DNA of 64,000 nt from the human T2T-CHM13v2.0 reference genome, Homo sapiens, in assembly GCF_009914755.1 (NCBI RefSeq), contig NC_060937.1; one strand, 5' to 3'. Of the stretch, positions 57,097 to 64,000 are shown piece by piece. The notes under the pieces were generated by a model. The model was not told the origin of the DNA. It saw nothing but the letters and a program-made list of their open reading frames with translations, and searched no databases. The number at the start of each line of letters is the position of its first letter. The first letter of the stretch is position 1. Position numbers and translations under genes: made by a program.

Positions 57097-57113
57097 TGTG
57101 TGTGTGTGTGTGG

Positions 57114-57158
<45 letters not shown>

Positions 57159-57170
57159 GAGAGAGAGAGA
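57097..57170. repeat. (TG)n(AG)n compound microsatellite
   Basis: Directly visible; followed by a degenerate TG-rich tract to ~57270. Confidence 0.95.
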
Positions 57171-58014
57171 ATATGTATGGGCAAACATGTATGTGAACAT
57201 GTGTGAGTTTGTGCATAATGGGTGTGGACATGCATATATGTGAGTGTATGTGGGTGTGTCTGTGTGTGTGAATGTCTGTCTTCAGAATGCTTGTAATATA
57301 GATCATCATAGGCCTCTTGATGCCCTACAGAGAATTGAGAGACTCTTCTGGAGAAAGTTATTCAAATTATAGAGCAGTTGAGTAATTTTAGTAACCCAGC
57401 ACATTCCTAAATGTAGTTTTGAAAAGGGGTTTATTGAAAAGAAATAGACCCTTTTCAATAAGCTTTAGGTTCTATCATACTATGAGGCAACATTTGGACA
57501 GTGTCCATGGTAATCTGTGCAGCAGTCCATGCTGCATTCATTTTAAATTGGTCTTTTTAAGAATAGCATTAAATGGCTGCTCATAAACAGGACTGAGCAG
57601 TTTCTGAGTGGGAGAAGATTCCTCAGTTCTTTACCCATGTGATTTGTAACACTGACGTGGGTGTAGAACATTTCTGCCCAGAATATCATTATACATTACA
57701 TGGGGATATTTTAGAATAAATATTTTCATTTTTTTCTCAAGAAAAAAATGTGTTTATTGCTAAAATCCTTTTGGAAAATGAACCAAAAGGATAGATTATT
57801 ATTTTTCATTTTTCTTACAAAATTATGCTCTGAATTGTCCCCGCTCCTTTTAGGGGCTGTGATATCAAAGGCTGATTTCATAATGGCTGTGTTCTGGTGT
57901 GCTTCCCTAATTTGAGACTGGGTCTTCATGACATACAGTGAGTGCAACTCCATTAGATGTCTTTTTAATTTAAGTATCTGGAGACTTAATTTTTTTTTCT
58001 TCTTAGCTACTTAG

Positions 58015-58310
58015 ACTTATTCAACAGGCATTTATTAAGAAAATTTTGGGTCATCTATAATGACAGGTTCTGGGGAGAAAATGATGAGTATAATCTAGGA
58101 CCCTCAAGGTGCTCTCGGAGTGGTGGGGGAGGCATTCTCTAAGAAAGAGCCTAATTAAGTGAGATGACAACACAAGGGAGTTCTTTTCTTGGCATTATGG
58201 AAGCTTTACAGAAGAAATGATACATGAGCTGAGGCCTGAATGATGGATATGAGTTTGTCATGTGACAGATATTGTAGGGGGGTAGTGAGAAAACATTCCA
58301 GGTTAAGTCC
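58015..58310 (-). mobile_element. L2 fragment
   Basis: ttattcaacaggcatttattaag..ccctcaagg..tgagctgaggcctgaatgatgg. Confidence 0.55.
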
Positions 58311-59704
58311 TGGATGTATAAAAAGAAACCCAACTGTCGAATTTCCATTTTCAGAGCTAAGTAGTCACAATTCAAGACCTATTTATTATTTTTCCTCCTT
58401 TTTCAGTCACTATTCTAGTCTTGCCATTTTCTCTCCTCTCCTTTGCCTGATTCTCTTCCAAAATCTTCTGAATCAAGCACTTGACTCACTATAAAAATAT
58501 AAGACACCTAGCCTAACAAAGAGCAACTCTCTCCTTCCTTGAGTTTATTATGCTGCCTTCTTTGTCTAGGACAAACTGATTTCTTGGTTTAGAACTTTTT
58601 TGGCAGTAGGGTGAGGGGGAAGATTGGTGGCCAAAATGATGCTTTATATTCCCCAAAGCTACTCCAGCCTCTATGTAACAGCCCAGAAAAAGGACAAACC
58701 CTCTACTCCCATAGGAAAGACAAATAATTTGGGCAGCCCGCAGTTCTGGCCAGAGCTTATCCTGGGTTGTGTAACTTCAAGAGGCTCACTTTCAGTCAAG
58801 GCTAGTTTGAAATTGGTCTCCATTTGCTTTTTATTTCATGCCTTGAATTGTGAGTCATTGGGGTTTAAGTGCCCTTTAGATTTCTTAAAATGGACAAGCC
58901 ATAAAACCAGACCAAAACAAAAAAACAAAAGAACACAAACCCCCCAAAAGTGCCTTGTCTGATTTGCAACACATTTAGCCTTTTGTGGAGTAAAATGTGC
59001 TTCGTTAGTAAACAGCAAGTGAAGATTTATTGGAGTTCGGTAATGAAGGCATCAACAAGGGGCTAGAGCAAATATTTTTCTGAAAACAGCAACCATATTC
59101 TGTTCTGTTTCATACTAGGTGGGACTGTAAATCTGCAAAGGTCAGAAAGCAGCTTCCCTTCAGGCTCATATGAAACGCTTGCAGATGTCATATAGTACCA
59201 GTTTTAGTTACAATGTTACATAGCAAACAAGGCCAAATTGTGGTTTAATTCCTGCATGTGTGTTCTTGATTTGTGTTGATTTATGTAGAGCAAGGGTTCA
59301 GCTTATGACCCCTGAAATGATCTATTCTTGTACTAACACCTGTTTTGTCCTTTGTGTTGCATAAATGATAATCTCCTTTTTGTCTAGGAGGTAATTTTTC
59401 TATATGGTGTGAGAATAGAGTTCTTTCTATCCTTTTGGTTCTTGAGAACTTTCATGTTTTTTCCTCTGTTTTCTTTAATTCCATAGTGTAATATAAGCAC
59501 AGGAAGTGTGGTGTGCAAACTCTGGACTGATTAATACTATTTACTGTGATACTTCTTCTTGTCAATTGCTGCAGAAATGAGATACATCAGACCCTATCTG
59601 AAAAGAGGCATCTGGAGTCACTGGCTTCCATTGTCTTCCACGCTTTTGATTTCTTATTTGCTAATGTACAAAATTCTGTGATTGGGTAGGCAATTCAAGT
59701 TAGT

Positions 59705-59930
59705 TCTACAAATATTTATCAAATGTATGTGTAAGACTCTGTATTAGGTGTGTAGGGGCTGGGGAAGTGGAGGCAATAGCATTATGGGCAAAGATAAACA
59801 AGAATCTGTCCTTGTCTACAAGAATCCTAATATTTTGAAGGGGAAATGCTGACTTATAAACAAGAAGGAATGAAAATACTTTTATAGTAGAAGCATAAGC
59901 ACAGTGCTCTGGCAACCTAGAGAAAAGGAA
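59705..59930 (-). mobile_element. L2 fragment
   Basis: caaatatttatcaaatg..tgtattaggtg..acagtgctctgg. Confidence 0.5.
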
Positions 59931-60385
59931 AGCTTTGGAAAAGCCAATTTCTTTTGAGCTGTAAAAATCCTTACAAACTGGAACTCATTACTTCTAGCTT
60001 GATATATATTCTCTGGGGCTGTAATATGAATAGATCCAGCTTCATTTCACATGTATATTTCAAAATTGCCTCTGGTTTTGGATATTTGTGGTGAAGCATT
60101 TTATAGACTGTGCTGGTTCCAAAGGCAGGTAGTATGTAGTTAAATAGTTATGAGAAAGCAAAGTAGTTTAGAAAAACCAACCTTTTCAAGTCTCCTTTGT
60201 TTGGATGACTTTATCTTGTATATTGTCTCAGACATCAATACTTTCAATTGTGGCTCAGAAGTTTTGCTCATCCATTAATTTCCCTTCTTTTTAAATATTG
60301 TATTTTCTTAACCTGGAATACATGGATGAGCTTTAGGGAACCTATGTACTCATTGTAAGTATATGCAAAAAAATCTCTCTGTGTA

Positions 60386-61055
<670 letters not shown>

Positions 61056-61099
61056 TGAACCATACGATGTAAAACTACCATATTTTCTCGCTTCGTAAT

Positions 61100-61640
61100 T
61101 TTATTCACTCTCATTATTTCAATACTTACTAAATGTTGATGACTTTAAACCTGTATTTCTAGCCTAAACCTCCTGAGTTTTATTCTTATATATCCAAATG
61201 TTTACCAGCCATCTTTGCTTTTTTGGGCCAATAGCACAAGCCCATGAATTTCAAGATTAAATTCATGATCTTTCCTTCTAAATCTTGCTCACACATTTTC
61301 TGTCTTCATTGATGCCACCAACATCTACTCAATTACCCAAGATAGGAAACTGAGGATCATTTTGCTGATTCTTGAGTGTCTTTTAAGACAACTCAAATAT
61401 CACTTGCATAAGGAAGCACCTTTTGACCACCCAAGACAGGGTGGTTGCTCTCTTTTGGGTTCCCATAGCACTCTGTACGTATCTCCATCATTGTTCAGCC
61501 ATATATTAATAATCTATTTTTCTGTTTCCCTTATTAGTCTGTAAGCTCCTTGAGAGAAGTGACCCATCTCTTATTTGGCTTTGTAAGTCAGCACTGAGCC
61601 CAGAGTCAAACACTCAGTAAATGCTTAGAAATGAATTAAT
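61100..61640 (+). mobile_element. L2 fragments
   Basis: ctgtatttctagcc; caactcaaatatcac; ctgtaagctccttgag..cactcagtaaatg. Confidence 0.6.
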
Positions 61641-62754
61641 TAAGAGGACGTACATTGTACATGGCTTCCTGAAGTTCAGATGTAGTGATAGTGACTTAAA
61701 ATATTCTGATTTCATGGCCCATGAAAGAGCAGAAGGAAGAAAGCTTTGTCCAGTGTGGTCTGCTAACATGAAATTATCTTAAAAGTCAGACCTTAATGCT
61801 GATTCTATGTCACTCAGTAGGAGGGGAATGCCAACTGTGTGGTAATAGCCTATATTCTACATGTCCTTTCTAAACTTGAAAATCTTCCTCTCTGGAGAAA
61901 AAATTCTATTAAGTTAAACATTTAGCTTTTAAAAAAATAATGTTTCAGAATCAAGTAATTAATAATTAATGGCATCTTATGGCAATTTGTGTTAGATAGA
62001 AGTATAAAATTCCTGAGTTCTGGTGGAAGCATAAAGGACAAGAATAGTAATACTTTGCCCATTATTGTTTAAGATAGAAATACTTTTAAAATAGGGACTA
62101 ATTCAAAAGGAGTTAGAATATGTCTCTCTGTCCTTCACCTACCAAACCTCTTTTCAAGCCATTGTAGTGAGGTTTTTTCATTCTTCACAGTCAAATGAAT
62201 CAGAATTTTGTATCCCCTCCCCTCCTCCTGGGTTAAGATCAAGGGAGTGCTTCCTCCTACTCTATGCCATGTAAGAAGGACTTGAGAGAAAGTACAGTGT
62301 TTGTCAGAAAGGAAGCCTGACATCTCACCCTGGCTGACTGTTAGCTGAGCTATAGAATCCCATCTGTTCTTGCAACACCATGGGAGCAGAGCCAAGGGCA
62401 GAGAGGCTAGGGAGAAGTCAAACTACATCCTCTAGAGTCTGGACCTAGAGATCAAGCCCTGGCTGTAGCTTGGAAAATCTTAAAAGCAAGAGGCTTGTGG
62501 AGAAGCCCCAAAGGCAGACCAATGATAGAAGGCCACAGTGGGAGCGTCGTGTACATCCAGATTTTGAAGAGGCAGAGGTGCAAGTTTTCTCATGGGCTAA
62601 CTGGACATGGTGACAAGTTTAGAGGTATCTTGAAAGTCCACTGCCTAAGAGATCTGATGGTCAGTACAAGATGGTTTCAATAGTCAGGCTGAATGGCATA
62701 TTCTACTGGGGTAGGGAAGTGAGGTGCATAGTCTGGGAATGGTGTTGGAGATGC

Positions 62755-62802
62755 TGTGCGTGTGTGTGTGTGTGTGTGTGTGCGCACACATGTGTTTGTG
62801 TA
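62755..62802. repeat. (TG)n microsatellite
   Basis: Directly visible. Confidence 0.9.
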
Positions 62803-62833
62803 TGTTTTGGGTTGAGGTCTTTCCCCATAGTCC

Positions 62834-62892
62834 TGTGTCCAGAATTTATTCCTTCTGGTGGGTTCTTGGTCTTGCTGACTTCAAGAATGAAG
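62834..62892 (-). mobile_element. Inverted 59-bp U5 terminus of an LTR12-family LTR
   Basis: Reverse complement of 63404-63462 at 53/59 positions. Confidence 0.92.
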
Positions 62893-62894
62893 AT

Positions 62895-63462
62895 TGAGAG
62901 GTGAAGCCAGCTGGACTTCCTGGGTTGAGTGGGGACTCGGAGAACTTTTCTGTCTAGCTAGAGGATTGTAAACGTACCAATCAGCACTCTGTGTCTAGCT
63001 AAAGGGTTGTAAATGCACCAATCAGCACTCTGTAAAAATGCACCAATCAGCACTCTGTGTCTAGCTAAAGGATTGTAAAAGCACCAATCAGTGCTCTGTA
63101 AAATGGACCAATCAGCAGGATGTGGGTGGGGACAAATAAGAGAATAAAAGCTGGCCACCCCCAGCCAACAGTGGCAACCAGCTGTGGTCCCCTTCCACGC
63201 TGTGGAAGCTTTGTTCTTTCACTCTTCATAATAAATCTGGCTGCTGCTCACTGGGTCCGCACTACCTCTATGAGCTGTAACACTCACAGGAGGCTCTGCG
63301 GCTTAATTCCTGAAGTCAGTGAGACCACGAACCGACTGAGAGGAACAAACAACTCTGGACGTGCCACCTTTAAGAGCTGTAACACTCACTGCGAGGTCCG
63401 TGGCTTCATTCTTGAAGTCAGTGAGACCAAGAACCCACTGGAAGGAATAAATTCTAGACACG
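62895..63462 (+). mobile_element. LTR12-family (LTR12F-like, HERV9) solo LTR
   Basis: tgagaggtgaagccagctggac start; five CCAAT boxes in gcaccaatcagc-type repeats; gctgtaacactcac U5 repeats; ends ttctagacacg. Confidence 0.92.
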
Positions 63463-63521
63463 GTCCCATTCTCAGACTTACTCAATCTTACTTGTTGAGA
63501 AGCTAGAAAAAGAAGTTAGTG

Positions 63522-63833
<312 letters not shown>

Positions 63834-63884
63834 TTAGCCATGGGACAGGCAAAGGAATAAGGAAGACCTAGCTAAAAAGCTGCT

Positions 63885-64000
63885 ATCTTTGTCTGTTTGT
63901 GCTACTATAACAAAATACTTCAGACTGGGTAATTTATAAATAAGAGAAATTTATTTATCATATTTTCAGATGCAGGGAGGCCCGAGATCAAGGGACTGGG
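63885..64000 (-). mobile_element. MST/MLT1A-type LTR running off the window
   Basis: tgctactataacaaaatac..agactgggtaatttataaa..gaaatttattt. Confidence 0.75.

Noticed and set aside
62970-63115. Regularly spaced accaatcagc repeats, superficially CRISPR-like
   Set aside because: These are the normal U3 tandem repeats of LTR12; the context is eukaryotic and the spacers are not unique.

Overview
Primate (most likely human or great-ape) non-coding DNA, either intergenic or deep-intronic. I find no credible protein-coding exon, RNA gene or processed pseudogene; the supplied ORFs are chance frames or read through repeats. Much of the window is transposon-derived: about 16 Alus (J, S and Y families plus monomer/fragments), two two-LTR THE1 MaLR proviruses (THE1B, THE1A), many MST/MLT1 LTRs, an LTR12-family LTR, L1/L2/L3/MIR relics and DNA-transposon fossils (MER30, Tigger3a, MER81, MER102, MER5, MARNA). 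Several repeat-free islands are dense in transcription-factor motifs and look like distal enhancers. I see no new gene system. The most unusual structures are: (1) an LTR12 insertion bounded at BOTH ends by U5 termini inside one 4-bp TSD, suggesting a fossil of aberrant integration; (2) a hairpin plus a ~30-bp copy of nearby flanking DNA pasted inside the THE1B internal region, resembling a templated-insertion repair scar; (3) a near-consensus CTCF site in an LTR41-like element; (4) an NF-kB + C/EBP composite site at the edge of a candidate conserved element. Repeat subfamily calls come from my recall of consensus sequences, not from a RepeatMasker run, and boundaries of old repeats are approximate. 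I could not assign the chromosomal locus.
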